Positions 41,301-56,745 of a stretch of 64,000 bases of DNA are shown here, in pieces. The first letter of the stretch is position 1. Each line of letters begins with the position of its first letter. The stretch comes from Eledone cirrhosa (Eukaryota), in contig OZ024742.1 of NCBI GenBank assembly GCA_964016885.1, positions 168,268,001-168,332,000 on the forward strand, read 5' to 3'. The notes beneath the pieces are model-generated. The model saw only the letters and a list, made by a program, of their open reading frames with translations. It made no database searches and was not told where the DNA came from. Both the position numbers and the translations under genes were made by a program.

Positions 41301-44126
41301 ATCCATTAAAAAAAATCCATTTAAAAAATCCATTTAAAAAAATCCATTAAAAAAACGCATTAAAAAAATCCATTAAAAAAAATCCATTTAAAAAATCCAT
41401 TAAAAAAAATTCATTAAAAAAAAATCCATAAAAAAATCCATTAAAAAAATCCATTTAAAAAAATCCATTAAAAAAAATCCATTAAAAATCCATTAAAAAA
41501 ATCCATTAAAAAAAATCCATTAAAAAATTCATTAAAAAACCCATTAAAAATCCATTAAAAATCCATTAAAAATCCATTAAAAATCCATTTAAAAAACCCA
41601 TTAAAAAAATCCATTTAAAAAACCCATTAAAAAAAGCCATTAAAAAATCCATTTAAAAAATCCATTAAAAAAAATCCATTTAAAACAACCCATTAAAAAA
41701 ATCCATTAAAAAAAACCCATTAAAAAAAATCCATTAAAAAAATCCATTTAAAAAATCCATTAAAAAAAATCCATTAAAAAAAATCCATAAAAAAATCCAT
41801 TAAAAAAATCCATTAAAAATCCATTAAAAAAAATCCATTTAAAAAAGCCATTAAAAAATCCATTAAAAATCCATTAAAAATCCATTTAAAAAACCCATTA
41901 AAAAATCCATTAAAAAAATCCATTTAAAAAATCCATTAAAAAAAATCCATATATAAAAACACATTTAAAAAAATCCATTAAAAAAATCCATTTAAAAAAT
42001 CCATTAAAAAAAATCCATTAAAAAAATCCATAAAAAAAATCCATTAAAAAAAATCCATTAAAAAAAAATCCGTTAAAAAAAATCCATTAAAAACTCAATC
42101 AAAAACCCAATTAAAAGGCCATAAAAGAAACATTAAAACAGCATTTAAAATACCATTAAAAACGCCATAAAAAATCATTAAAATTGTTTTTTATGAAATT
42201 TATAATATGGCTTTTAATGAATTTTTTAATGGGCTTTTAGAATCATTAAAATCCCATTAAAAATACATTAAAGGCCCATTAAAAACGCCATAAAAAATCC
42301 ATTAAAAAAATCCATTAAAAAAAAACTCAATCAAAAACACATAAAAGAAACATTAAAACAGCATTTAAAAAATCCATTAAAAATCCATTAAAAAAAAATC
42401 CATTAAAAAAATCCATTAAAAATCCATTAAAAAAATCCATTTAAAAAAATCCATTAAAAAATCCATTAAAAACCCATTAAAAATCCATTAAAAATCCATT
42501 AAAAATCCATTAAAAAATCCATTTAAAAAACCCATTAAAAAAATCCATTAAAAAATCCATTTAAAAATCCATTAAAAAAAATCCATTTAAAAAAACCCAT
42601 TAAAAAAAATCCATTAAAAAAATCCATTTAAAAAATCCATAAAAAAAAATCCATAAAAAAAATCCATTAAAAAAAATCCATTAAAAAAAAAATCCGTTAA
42701 AAAAAATCCATTAAAAATCCATTAAAAATCCATTAAAAATCCATTAAAAATCCATTAAAAATCCAGTAAAAATCCATTTAAAAAAATCCATTAAAAAAAT
42801 CCATTAAAAAAATCCATTTAAAAAATCCATTAAAAAAAATCCATTAAAAAAAAATCCATTAAAAAAAATCCATTAAAAAAAATCAATTTAAAAAAATCCA
42901 TTAAAAATCCATTAAAAAAATCCATTTAAAAAAATCCATTAAAAACCCATTAAAAATCCATTAAAAATCCATTAAAAAATCCATTTAAAAAAACCATTAA
43001 AAAAAATCCATTAAAAAAATCCATTTAAAAAATCCATTAAAAAAAAATCCATTAAAAAAATCCATTTAAAAAATCCATTAAAAAAAATCCATTAAAAAAA
43101 ACTCAATCAAAAACCCATAAAAGAAACATTAAAACAGCATTTAAAAAATCCATTAAAAATCCATTAAAAGAATCCATTTAAAAAATCCATTAAAAAATCC
43201 ATTAAAAATCCATTAAAAATCCATTAAAAAATCCATTTAAAAAAATCCATTAAAAAAATCCTTTAAAAAATCCATTAAAAAATCCATTTAAAAAATCCAT
43301 TAAAAAAAATCCATTAAAAAAAACCATTAAAAAATCCATTAAAAAAAATCCCATTAAAAATACATTAAAAATCCATTAAAAATCCATTAAAAAATCCATT
43401 AAAAATCCATTAAAAATCCATTAAAAATCCATTAAAAAATCCATTAAAAAAAATCCATTAAAAAAATCCATTAAAAAATCCATTTAAAAAATCCATTTAA
43501 AAAAATCCATTAAAAAAAATCCATTAAAAAAAATCCATTAAAAAAAATCCATTAAAAAAAAAATCCGTTAAAAAAAATCCATTAAAAACTCAATCAAACA
43601 CCCAATTAAAAGGCCATAAAAGAAACATTAAAACAGCATTTAAAATACCATTAAAAACGCCATAAAAAATCATTAAAATTGTTTTTTATGAAATTTATAA
43701 TATGGCTTTTAATGAACTTTTTAATGGGCTTTTAGAATCATTAAAATCCCATTAAAAATACATTAAAGGCCCATTAAAAACGCCATAAAAAATCCATTAA
43801 AAAAAATCCATTAAAAAAAAATTCAATCAAAAACCCATAAAAGAAACATTAAAACAGCATTTAAAAAACCCATTAAAAATTCATTAAAAAAATCCATTTA
43901 AAAAATCCATTAAAAATCCATTAAAAATCCATTAAAAATCCATTAAAAATTCATTAAAAATCCATTAAAAATAATCCATTAAAAAAAAATTCAATCAAAA
44001 ACCCATAAAAGAAACATTAAAACAGCATTTAAAAAATCCATTAAAAAAATCCATTTAAAAAAATCCATTAAAAAAGCCATTAAAAATCCATTAAAAATCC
44101 ATTAAAAAAATCCATTAAAAAAAAAA
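37095..44126 (+). repeat. Near-perfect tandem duplication at constant offset 3581 (about 37095-40545 and 40676-44126)
   Basis: ttacaaa 37272/40853, acgcatt 37775/41356, tccatatata 38365/41946, insertions 38604/42185 and 40099/43680, tccttt 39678/43259, gccatt 40495/44076. Confidence 0.92.
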
Positions 44127-44746
44127 TCCATTAAAAAAAATCCATTAAAAATCCATTAAAAAAATCCATTTAAAAAAATCCATTAAAAATCCATTAAAAA
44201 CCCATTAAAAATCCATTAAAAATCCATTAAAAATCCATTAAAAAATCCATTTAAAAAACCCATTAAAAAAATCCATTAAAAAATCCATTTAAAAATCCAG
44301 TAAAAAAAATCCATTTAAAAAAACCCATTAAAAAAAATCCATTAAAAAAATCCATTTAAAAAATCCATAAAAAAAAATCCATAAAAAAAATCCATTAAAA
44401 AAAATCCATTAAAAAAAAAATCCGTTAAAAAAAATCCATTAAAAATCCATTAAAAATCCATTAAAAATCCATTAAAAATCCATTAAAAATCCATTTAAAA
44501 AAATCCATTAAAAAAATCCATTAAAAAAATCCATTTAAAAAATCCATTAAAAAAAATCCATTAAAAAAAAATCCATTAAAAAAAATCCATTAAAAAAAAT
44601 CAATTTAAAAAAATCCATTAAAAATCCATTAAAAAAATCCATTTAAAAATCCATTAAAAAAAAATCCATTAAAAAAAACCCATTAAAAAAAATCCATTAA
44701 AAAAATCCATTTAAAAAATCCATTAAAAAAAATCCATTAAAAAAAA

Positions 44747-45390
44747 CTCAATCAAAAACCCATAAAAGAAACATTAAAACAGCATTTAAAAAATCCATTA
44801 AAAATCCATTAAAAAAATCCATTTAAAAAATCCATTAAAAAATCCATTAAAAATCCATTAAAAATCCATTAAAAAATCCATTTAAAAAAATCCATTAAAA
44901 AAATCCATTTAAAAAATCCATTAAAAAATCCATTTAAAAAATCCATTAAAAAAAATCCATTAAAAAAAACCATTAAAAAATCCATTAAAAAAAATCCCAT
45001 TAAAAATACATTAAAGGCCCATTAAAAACGCCATAAAAAATCCATTAAAAAAATCCATTAAAAAAAAACTCAATCAAAAACCCATAAAAGAAACATTAAA
45101 ACAGCATTTAAAAAATCCATTAAAAATCCATTAAAAAAATCCATTTAAAAAATCCATTAAAAAATCCATTAAAAATCCATTAAAAATCCATTAAAAAATC
45201 CATTTAAAAAAATCCATTAAAAAAATCCATTTAAAAAATCCATTAAAAAATCCATTTAAAAAATCCATTAAAAAAAATCCATTAAAAAAAACCATTAAAA
45301 AATCCATTAAAAAAAATCCCATTAAAAATACATTAAAGGCCCATTAAAAACGCCATAAAAAATCCATTAAAAAAATCCATTAAAAAAAAA
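44747..45390 (+). repeat. 322-bp local tandem duplication
   Basis: ctcaatc at 44747, 45069 and 45391; tcccatt at 44995 and 45317. Confidence 0.85.
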
Positions 45391-46639
45391 CTCAATCAAA
45401 AACCCATAAAAGAAACATTAAAACAGCATTTAAAAAACCCATTAAAAATTCATTAAAAAAAATCCATTTAAAAAATCCATTAAAAAATACATTAAAAATC
45501 CATTAAAAATCCATTAAAAATCCATTAAAAAATCCAATTAAAAAAATCCATTAAAAAAATCCATTAAAAAATCCATTTAAAAAATCCATTAAAAAAAATC
45601 CATTAAAAAAAATCCATTAAAAAAAAATCCATTAAAAAAAATCCAAAAAAAAAATCCGTTAAAAAAAATCCATTAAAAACTCAATCAAAAACCCAATTAA
45701 AAGGCCATAAAAGAAACATTAAAACAGCATTTAAAATACCATTAAAAACGCCATAAAAAATCATTAAAATTGTTTTTTATGAAATTTATAATATGGCTTT
45801 TAATGAACTTTTTAATGGGCTTTTAGAATCATTAAAATCCCATTAAAAATACATTAAAGGCCCATTAAAAACGCCATAAAAAATCCATTAAAAAAAATCC
45901 ATTAAAAAAAATTCAATCAAAAACCCATAAAAGAAACATTAAAACAGCATTTAAAAAACCCATTAAAAATTCATTAAAAAAATCCATTTAAAAAATCCAT
46001 TAAAAATCCATTAAAAATCAATTAAAAATCCATTAAAAATATATTAAAAATCCATTAAAAAAAATCCATTAAAAAAATCCATTTAAAAAAATCCATTAAA
46101 AACCCATTAAAAATCCATTAAAAAATCCATTTAAAAACCCATTAAAAAAAATCCATTAAAAAAATACATTTAAAAAATCCATTAAAAAAAATCCATTTAA
46201 AAAACCCATTAAAAAAAATCCATTAAAAAAATCCATTTAAAAAATCCATTAAAAAAAATCCATTAAAAAAAATCCATTAAAAGCTCAATCAAAAACCCAT
46301 TAAAAACGCCATAAAAAATCATTAAAATCCCATTAAAAATACATTAAAGGCCCATTAAAAACGCCATAAAAAATCCATTGAAAAAATCCATTAAAAAAAA
46401 ACTCAATCAAAAACCCATAGTAGAAACATTAAAACAGCATTTAAAAATCCATTAAAAATCCATTAAAAATCCATTAAAAATCCATTAAAAATTCATTAAA
46501 AAATCCATTTAAAAAACCCATTTAAAAAACCATTTAAAAAATCCATTAAAAAAAATCCATTTAAAAAAACCCATTAAAAAAAATCCATTAAAAATCCATT
46601 AAAAAAAATCCATTTAAAAAAATTCATTAAAAAATCCAT

Positions 46640-49600
46640 TAAAAATCCATTAAAAATCCATTAAAAATCCATTAAAAATCCATTAAAAATCCATTAAAAA
46701 ATCCATTTAAAAAACCCATTAAAAAAAGCCATTAAAAAATCCATTTAAAAAATCCATTAAAAAAAATCCAGTTAAAACAACCCATTAAAAAAAATCCATT
46801 AAAAAAAAACCCATTAAAAAAAATCCATTAAAAAAATCCATTTAAAAAATCCATTAAAAAAAATCCATTTAAAAAAATCCATAAAAAAATCCATTAAAAA
46901 AATCCATTAAAAATCCATTAAAAAAAATCCATTTAAAAAAGCCATTAAAAAATCCATTAAAAATCCATTAAAAATCCATTTAAAAAACCCATTAAAAAAC
47001 CCATTAAAAAAATCCATTTAAAAAATCCATTAAAAAAAATCCATTTAAAAAAACACATTAAAAAAAATCCATTAAAAAAATCCATTTAAAAAATCCATTA
47101 AAAAAAATCCATTAAAAAAATCCATAAAAAAAATCCATTAAAAAAAATCCATTAAAAAAAAATCCGTTAAAAAAAATCCATTAAAAACTCAATCAAAAAC
47201 CCAATTAAAAGGCCATAAAAGAAACATTAAAACAGCATTTAAAATACCATTAAAAACGCCATAAAAAATCATTAAAAGTGTTTTTTATGAAATTTATAAT
47301 ATGGCTTTTAATGAATTTTTTAATGGGCTTTTAGAATCATTAAAATCCCATTAAAAATACATTAAAGGCCCATTAAAAACGCCATAAAAAATCCATTAAA
47401 AAAATCCATTAAAAAAAAACTCAATCAAAAACCCATAAAAGAAACATTAAAACAGCATTTAAAAAATCCATTAAAAATCCATTAAAAAAATCCATTAAAA
47501 ATCCATTAAAAAAATACATTTAAAAAAATCCATTAAAAAATCCATTAAAAACCCATTAAAAATCCATTAAAAACCCATTAAAAATCCATTAAAAAATCCA
47601 TTTAAAAAACCCATTAAAAAAATCCATTAAAAAATCCATTTAAAAATCCATTAAAAAAAATCCATTTTAAAAAACCCATTAAAAAAAATCCATTAAAAAA
47701 ATCCATTTAAAAAATCCATAAAAAAAAATCCATAAAAAAAATCCATTAAAAAAAATCCATAAAAAAAAAAATCCGTTAAAAAAAATCCATTAAAAATCCA
47801 TTAAAAATCCATTAAAAATCCATTAAAAATCCATTAAAAATCCATTAAAAAACCCATTTAAAAAAATCCATTAAAAAAATCCATTAAAAAAATCCATTAA
47901 AAAAATCCATTAAAAAAATCCATTAAAAAAAATCCATTAAAAAAATCCATTAAAAAAAATCCATTAAAAATCCATTAAAAAAATCCATTTAAAAAAATCC
48001 ATTAAAAACCCATTAAAAATCCATTAAAAAATCCATTAAAAAACCCATTAAAAAAAATCCATTAAAAAAATCCATTAAAAAAATCCATTAAAAAAAATCA
48101 ATTTAAAAAACCCATTAAAAAAAATCCATTAAAAAAAAACCCATTAAAAAAAAACCCATTAAAAAAAATCCATTAAAAAAATCCATTTAAAAAATCCATT
48201 AAAAAAATCCATTAAAAAAAACTCAATCAAAAACCCATAAAAGAAACATTAAAACAGCATTTAAAAAATCCATTAAAAATCCATTAAAAAAATCCATTTA
48301 AAAAATCCATTAAAAAATCCATTAAAAATCCATTAAAAATCCATTAAAAAATCCATTTAAAAAAATCCATTAAAAAAATCCATTTAAAAAATCCATTAAA
48401 AAATCCATTTAAAAAATCCATTAAAAAAAATCCATTAAAAAAAACCATTAAAAAATCCATTAAAAAAAATCCCATTAAAAATACATTAAAGGCCCATTAA
48501 AAACGCCATAAAAAATCCATTAAAAAAATCCATTAAAAAAAAACTCAATCAAAAACCCATAAAAGAAACATTAAAACAGCATTTAAAAAACCCATTAAAA
48601 ATTCATTAAAAAAAATCCATTTAAAAAATCCATTAAAAAATACATTAAAAATCCATTAAAAATCCATTAAAAATCCATTAAAAAATCCAATTAAAAAAAT
48701 CCATTAAAAAAATCCATTAAAAAATCCATTTAAAAAATCCATTAAAAAAAATCCATTAAAAAAAATCCATTAAAAAAAAATCCATTAAAAAAATCCATTA
48801 AAAAAAAAATCCGTTAAAAAAAATCCATTAAAAACTCAATCAAAAACCCAATTAAAAGGCCATAAAAGAAACATTAAAACAGCATTTAAAATACCATTAA
48901 AAACGCCATAAAAAATCATTAAAATTGTTTTTTATGAAATTTATAATATGGCTTTTAATGAACTTTTTAATGGGCTTTTAGAATCATTAAAATCCCATTA
49001 AAAATACATTAAAGGCCCATTAAAAACGCCATAAAAAATCCATTAAAAAAAATCCATTAAAAAAAATTCAATCAAAAACCCATAAAAGAAACATTAAAAC
49101 AGCATTTAAAAAACCCATTAAAAATTCATTAAAAAAATCCATTTAAAAAATCCATTAAAAATCCATTAAAAATCCATTAAAAATCCATTAAAAATATATT
49201 AAAAATCCATTAAAAAAAATCCATTAAAAAAATCCATTTAAAAAAATCCATTAAAAACCCATTAAAAATCCATTAAAAAATCCATTTAAAAACCCATTAA
49301 AAAAAATCCATTAAAAAAATACATTTAAAAAATCCATTAAAAAAAAATCCATTTAAAAAACCCATTAAAAAAAATCCATTAAAAAAATCCATTTAAAAAA
49401 TCCATTAAAAAAAATCCATTAAAAAAAATCCATTAAAAGCTCAATCAAAAACCCATTAAAAACGCCATAAAAAATCATTAAAATCCCATTAAAAATACAT
49501 TAAAGGCCCATTAAAAACGCCATAAAAAATCCATTGAAAAAATCCATTAAAAAAAAACTCAATCAAAAACCCATAAAAGAAACATTAAAACAGCATTTAA

Positions 49601-52600
49601 AAATCCATTAAAAATCCATTAAAAATCCATTAAAAATCCATTAAAAATTCATTAAAAAATCCATTTAAAAAACCCATTAAAAAAACCATTTAAAAAATCC
49701 ATTAAAAAAAATCCATTTAAAAAAACCCATTAAAAAAAATCCATTAAAAATCCATTAAAAAAAATCCATTTAAAAAAATTCATTAAAAAATCCATTAAAA
49801 ATCCATTAAAAATCCATTAAAAATCCATTAAAAATCCATTAAAAATCCATTAAAAAATCCATTTAAAAAACCCATTAAAAAAAGCCATTAAAAAATCCAT
49901 TTAAAAAATCAATTAAAAAAAATCCATTTAAAACAACCCATTAAAAAAAATCCATTAAAAAAAACCCATTAAAAAAAATCCATTAAAAAAATCCATTTAA
50001 AAAATCCATTAAAAAAAATCCATTAAAAAAAAATCCATAAAAAAATCCATTAAAAAAATCCATTAAAAATCCATTAAAAAAATCCATTTAAAAAAGCCAT
50101 TAAAAAATCCATTAAAAATCCATTAAAAATCCATTTAAAAAACCCATAAAAAAATCCATTAAAAAAATCCATTTAAAAAATCCATTAAAAAAAATCCATT
50201 TAAAAAAACCCATTAAAAAAAATCCATTAAAAAAATCCATTTAAAAAATCCATTAAAAAAAATCCATTAAAAAAATCCATAAAAAAATCCATTAAAAAAA
50301 ATCCATTAAAAAAAAATCCGTTAAAAAAAATCCATTAAAAACTCAATCAAAAACCCAATTAAAAGGCCATAAAAGAAACATTAAAACAGCATTTAAAATA
50401 CCATTAAAAACGCCATAAAAAATCATTAAAATTGTTTTTTATGAAATTTATAATATGGCTTTTAATGAATTTTTTAATGGGCTTTTAGAATCATTAAAAT
50501 CCCATTAAAAATACATTAAAGGCCCATTAAAAACGCCATAAAAAATCCATTAAAAAAATCCATTAAAAAAAAACTCAATCAAAAACCCATAAAAGAAACA
50601 TTAAAACAGCATTTAAAAAATCCATTAAAAATCCATTAAAAAAAATCCATTAAAAAAATCCATTAAAAATCCATTAAAAAAATCCATTTAAAAAAATCCA
50701 TTAAAAATCCATTAAAAACCCATTAAAAATCCATTAAAAATCCATTAAAAATCCATTAAAAAATCCATTTAAAAAACCCATTAAAAAAATCCATTAAAAA
50801 ATCCATTTAAAAATCCAGTAAAAAAAATCCATTTAAAAAAACCCATTAAAAAAAATCCATTAAAAAAATCCATTTAAAAAATCCATAAAAAAAAATCCAT
50901 AAAAAAATCCATTAAAAAAATCCATTAAAAAAAAAATCCGTTAAAAAAAATCCATTAAAAATCCATTAAAAATCCATTAAAAATCCATTAAAAATCCATT
51001 TAAAAAAATCCATTAAAAAAATCCATTAAAAAAATCCATTTAAAAAATCCATTAAAAAAAATCCATTAAAAAAAAATCCATTAAAAAAAATCCATTAAAA
51101 AAAATCAATTTAAAAAAATCCATTAAAAATCCATTAAAAAAATCCATTCAAAAAAATCCATTAAAAACCCATTAAAAATCCATTAAAAATCCATTAAAAA
51201 ATCCATTTAAAAAAACCATAAAAAAAAATCCATTAAAAAAATCCATTTAAAAAATCCATTAAAAAAAAATCCATTAAAAAAAACCCATTAAAAAAAATCC
51301 ATTAAAAAAATCCATTTAAAAAATCCATTAAAAAAAATCCATTAAAAAAAACTCAATCAAAAACCCATAAAAGAAACATTAAAACAGCATTTAAAAAATC
51401 CATTAAAAATCCATTAAAAAAATCCATTTAAAAAATCCATTAAAAAATCCATTAAAAATCCATTAAAAATCCATTAAAAAATCCATTTAAAAAAATCCAT
51501 TAAAAAAATCCATTTAAAAAATCCATTAAAAAATCCATTTAAAAAATCCATTAAAAAAAATCCATTAAAAAAAACCATTAAAAAATCCATTAAAAAAAAT
51601 CCCATTAAAAATACATTAAAGGCCCATTAAAAACGCCATAAAAAATCCATTAAAAAAATCCATTAAAAAAAAACTCAATCAAAAACCCATAAAAGAAACA
51701 TTAAAACAGCATTTAAAAATCCATTAAAAATCCATTAAAAATCCATTAAAAATCCATTAAAAAATCCATTTAAAAAACCCATTAAAAAAAGCCATTAAAA
51801 AATCCATTTAAAAAATCCATTAAAAAAAAATCCAGTTAAAACAACCCATTAAAAAAAATCCATTAAAAAAAAACCCATTAAAAAAAATCCATTAAAAAAA
51901 TCCATTTAAAAAATCCATTAAAAAAAATCCATTAAAAAAAATCCATAAAAAAATCCATTAAAAAAATCCATTAAAAATCCATTAAAAAAAATCCATTTAA
52001 AAAAGCCATTAAAAAATCCATTAAAAATCCATTAAAAATCCATTTAAAAAACCCATTAAAAAATCCATTAAAAAAATCCATTTAAAAAATCCATTAAAAA
52101 AAATCCATTTAAAAAAACCCATTAAAAAAATCCATTAAAAAAATCCATTTAAAAAATCCATTAAAAAAAATCCATTAAAAAAATCCATAAAAAAAATCCA
52201 TTAAAAAAAATCCATTAAAAAAAAATCCGTTAAAAAAAATCCATTAAAAACTCAATCAAAAACCCAATTAAAAGGCCATAAAAGAAACATTAAAACAGCA
52301 TTTAAAATACCATTAAAAACGCCATAAAAAATCATTAAAATTGTTTTTTATGAAATTTATAATATGGCTTTTAATGAATTTTTTAATGGGCTTTTAGAAT
52401 CATTAAAATCCCATTAAAAATACATTAAAGGCCCATTAAAAACGCCATAAAAAATCCATTAAAAAAATCCATTAAAAAAAAACTCAATCAAAAACACATA
52501 AAAGAAACATTAAAACAGCATTTAAAAAATCCATTAAAAATCCATTAAAAAAAAATCCATTAAAAAAATCCATTAAAAATCCATTAAAAAAATCCATTTA

Positions 52601-55600
52601 AAAAAATCCATTAAAAAATCCATTAAAAACCCATTAAAAATCCATTAAAAATCCATTAAAAATCCATTAAAAAATCCATTTAAAAAACCCATTAAAAAAA
52701 TCCATTAAAAAACCCATTTAAAAATCCATTAAAAAAAATCCATTTAAAAAAACCCATTAAAAAAAATCCATTAAAAAAATCCATTTAAAAAATCCATAAA
52801 AAAAAATCCATAAAAAAAATCCATTAAAAAAAATCCATTAAAAAAAAAATCCGTTAAAAAAAATCCATTAAAAATCCATTAAAAATCCATTAAAAATCCA
52901 TTAAAAATCCATTAAAAATCCATTAAAAAACCCATTTAAAAAAATCCATTAAAAAAATCCATTAAAAAAATCCATTAAAAAAATCCATTAAAAAAATCCA
53001 TTAAAAAAAATCCATTAAAAAAATCCATTAAAAAAAATCCATTAAAAATCCATTAAAAAAATCCATTTAAAAAAATCCATTAAAAACCCATTAAAAATCC
53101 ATTAAAAAATCCATTAAAAAACCCATTAAAAAAAATCCATTAAAAAAATCCATTAAAAAAATCCATTAAAAAAAATCAATTTAAAAAACCCATTAAAAAA
53201 AATCCATTAAAAAAAAACCCATTAAAAAAAAACCCATTAAAAAAAATCCATTAAAAAAATCCATTTAAAAAATCCATTAAAAAAATCCATTAAAAAAAAC
53301 TCAATCAAAAACCCATAAAAGAAACATTAAAACAGCATTTAAAAAATCCATTAAAAATCCATTAAAAAATTCCATTTAAAAAATCCATTAAAAAATCCAT
53401 TAAAAATCCATTAAAAATCCATTAAAAAATCCATTTAAAAAAATCCATTAAAAAAATCCATTTAAAAAATCCATTAAAAAATCCATTTAAAAAATCCATT
53501 AAAAAAAATCCATTAAAAAAAACCATTAAAAAATCCATTAAAAAAAATCCCATTAAAAATACATTAAAGGCCCATTAAAAACGCCATAAAAAATCCATTA
53601 AAAAAATCCATTAAAAAAAAACTCAATCAAAAACCCATAAAAGAAACATTAAAACAGCATTTAAAAAACCCATTAAAAATTCATTAAAAAAAATCCATTT
53701 AAAAAATCCATTAAAAAATACATTAAAAATCCATTAAAAATCCATTAAAAATCCATTAAAAAATCCAATTAAAAAAATCCATTAAAAAAATCCATTAAAA
53801 AATCCATTTAAAAAATCCATTAAAAAAAATCCATTAAAAAAAATCCATTAAAAAAAAATCCATTAAAAAAAATCCATTAAAAAAAAAATCCGTTAAAAAA
53901 AATCCATTAAAAACTCAATCAAAAACCCAATTAAAAGGCCATAAAAGAAACATTAAAACAGCATTTAAAATACCATTAAAAACGCCATAAAAAATCATTA
54001 AAATTGTTTTTTATGAAATTTATAATATGGCTTTTAATGAACTTTTTAATGGGCTTTTAGAATCATTAAAATCCCATTAAAAATACATTAAAGGCCCATT
54101 AAAAACGCCATAAAAAATCCATTAAAAAAAATCCATTAAAAAAAATTCAATCAAAAACCCATAAAAGAAACATTAAAACAGCATTTAAAAAACCCATTAA
54201 AAATTCATTAAAAAAATCCATTTAAAAAATCCATTAAAAATCCATTAAAAATCCATTAAAAATCCATTAAAAATATATTAAAAATCCATTAAAAAAAATC
54301 CATTAAAAAAATCCATTTAAAAAAATCCATTAAAAACCCATTAAAAATCCATTAAAAAATCCATTTAAAAACCCATTAAAAAAAATCCATTAAAAAAATA
54401 CATTTAAAAAATCCATTAAAAAAAAATCCATTTAAAAAACCCATTAAAAAAAATCCATTAAAAAAATCCATTTAAAAAATCCATTAAAAAAAATCCATTA
54501 AAAGCTCAATCAAAAACCCATTAAAAACGCCATAAAAAATCATTAAAATCCCATTAAAAATACATTAAAGGCCCATTAAAAACGCCATAAAAAATCCATT
54601 GAAAAAATCCATTAAAAAAAACTCAATCAAAAACCCATAAAAGAAACATTAAAACAGCATTTAAAAATCCATTAAAAATCCATTAAAAATCCATTAAAAA
54701 TCCATTAAAAATTCATTAAAAAATCCATTTAAAAAACCCATTAAAAAAACCATTTAAAAAATCCATTAAAAAAAATCCATTTAAAAAAACCCATTAAAAA
54801 AAATCCATTAAAAATCCATTAAAAAAAATCCATTTAAAAATCCATTAAAAATCCATTAAAAATCCATTAAAAATCCATTAAAAATCCATTAAAAAATCCA
54901 TTTAAAAAACCCATTAAAAAAAGCCATTAAAAAATCCATTTAAAAAATCAATTAAAAAAAATCCATTTAAAACAACCCATTAAAAAAAATCCATCAAAAA
55001 AAACCCATTAAAAAAAATCCATTAAAAAAATCCATTTAAAAAATCCATTAAAAAAAATCCATTAAAAAAATCCATTAAAAAAATCCATTAAAAATCCATT
55101 AAAAAAATCCATTTAAAAAAGCCATTAAAAAATCCATTAAAAATCCATTAAAAATCCATTTAAAAAACCCATAAAAAAATCCATTAAAAAAATCCATTTA
55201 AAAAATCCATTAAAAAAAATCCATTTAAAAAAACCCATTAAAAAAAATCCATTAAAAAAATCCATTTAAAAAATCCATTAAAAAAAATCCATTAAAAAAA
55301 TCCATAAAAAAAATCCATTAAAAAAAATCCATTAAAAAAAAATCCGTTAAAAAAAATCCATTAAAAACTCAATCAAAAACCCAATAAAAAGGCCATAAAA
55401 GAAACATTAAAACAGCATTTAAAATACCATTAAAAACGCCATAAAAAATCATTAAAATTGTTTTTTATGAAATTTATAATATGGCTTTTAATGAATTTTT
55501 TAATGGGCTTTTAGAATCATTAAAATCCCATTAAAAATACATTAAAGGCCCATTAAAAACGCCATAAAAAATCCATTAAAAAAATCCATTAAAAAAAAAC

Positions 55601-56745
55601 TCAATCAAAAACCCATAAAAGAAACATTAAAACAGCATTTAAAAAATCCATTAAAAATCCATTAAAAAAAAATCCATTAAAAAAATCCATTAAAAATCCA
55701 TTAAAAAAATCCATTTAAAAAAATCCATTAAAAATCCATTAAAAACCCATTAAAAATCCATTAAAAATCCATTAAAAATCCATTAAAAAATCCATTTAAA
55801 AAACCCATTAAAAAAATCCATTAAAAAATCCATTTAAAAATCCAGTAAAAAAAATCCATTTAAAAAAACCCATTTAAAAAAATCCATTAAAAAAATCCAT
55901 TTAAAAAATCCATAAAAAAAAATCCATAAAAAAATCCATTAAAAAAAATCCATTAAAAAAAAAATCCGTTAAAAAAAATCCATTAAAAATCCATTAAAAA
56001 TCCATTAAAAATCCATTAAAAATCCATTTAAAAAAATCCATTAAAAAAATCCATTAAAAAAATCCATTTAAAAAATCCATTAAAAAAAATCCATTAAAAA
56101 AAAATCCATTAAAAAAAATCCATTAAAAAAAATCAATTTAAAAAATCCATTAAAAATCCATTAAAAAAATCCATTCAAAAAAATCCATTAAAAACACATT
56201 AAAAATCCATTAAAAATCCATTAAAAAATCCATTTAAAAAAACCATAAAAAAAAATCCATTAAAAAAATCCATTTAAAAAATCCATTAAAAAAAAATCCA
56301 TTAAAAAAAACCCATTAAAAAAAATCCATTAAAAAAATCCATTTAAAAAATCCATTAAAAAAAATCCATTAAAAAAAACTCAATCAAAAACCCATAAAAG
56401 AAACATTAAAACAACATTTAAAAAATCCATTAAAAATCCATTAAAAAAATCCATTTAAAAAATCCATTAAAAAATCCATTAAAAATCCATTAAAAATCCA
56501 TTAAAAAATCCATTTAAAAAAATACATTAAAAAAATCCATTTAAAAAATCCATTAAAAAATCCATTTAAAAAATCCATTAAAAAAAATCCATTAAAAAAA
56601 ACCATTAAAAAATCCATTAAAAAAAATCCCATTAAAAATACATTAAAGGCCCATTAAAAACGCCATAAAAAATCCATTAAAAAAATCCATTAAAAAAAAA
56701 CTCAATCAAAAACCCATAAAAGAAACATTAAAACAGCATTTAAAA
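46640..56745 (+). repeat. Higher-order tandem duplication, unit ~5.05 kb (about 46640-51716 and 51717-56745), more diverged
   Basis: ccagtt 46771/51835; insertions 47279/52342, 48926/54005, 50433/55459; ccattc 51149/56176. The offset drifts between 5026 and 5079. Confidence 0.82.
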
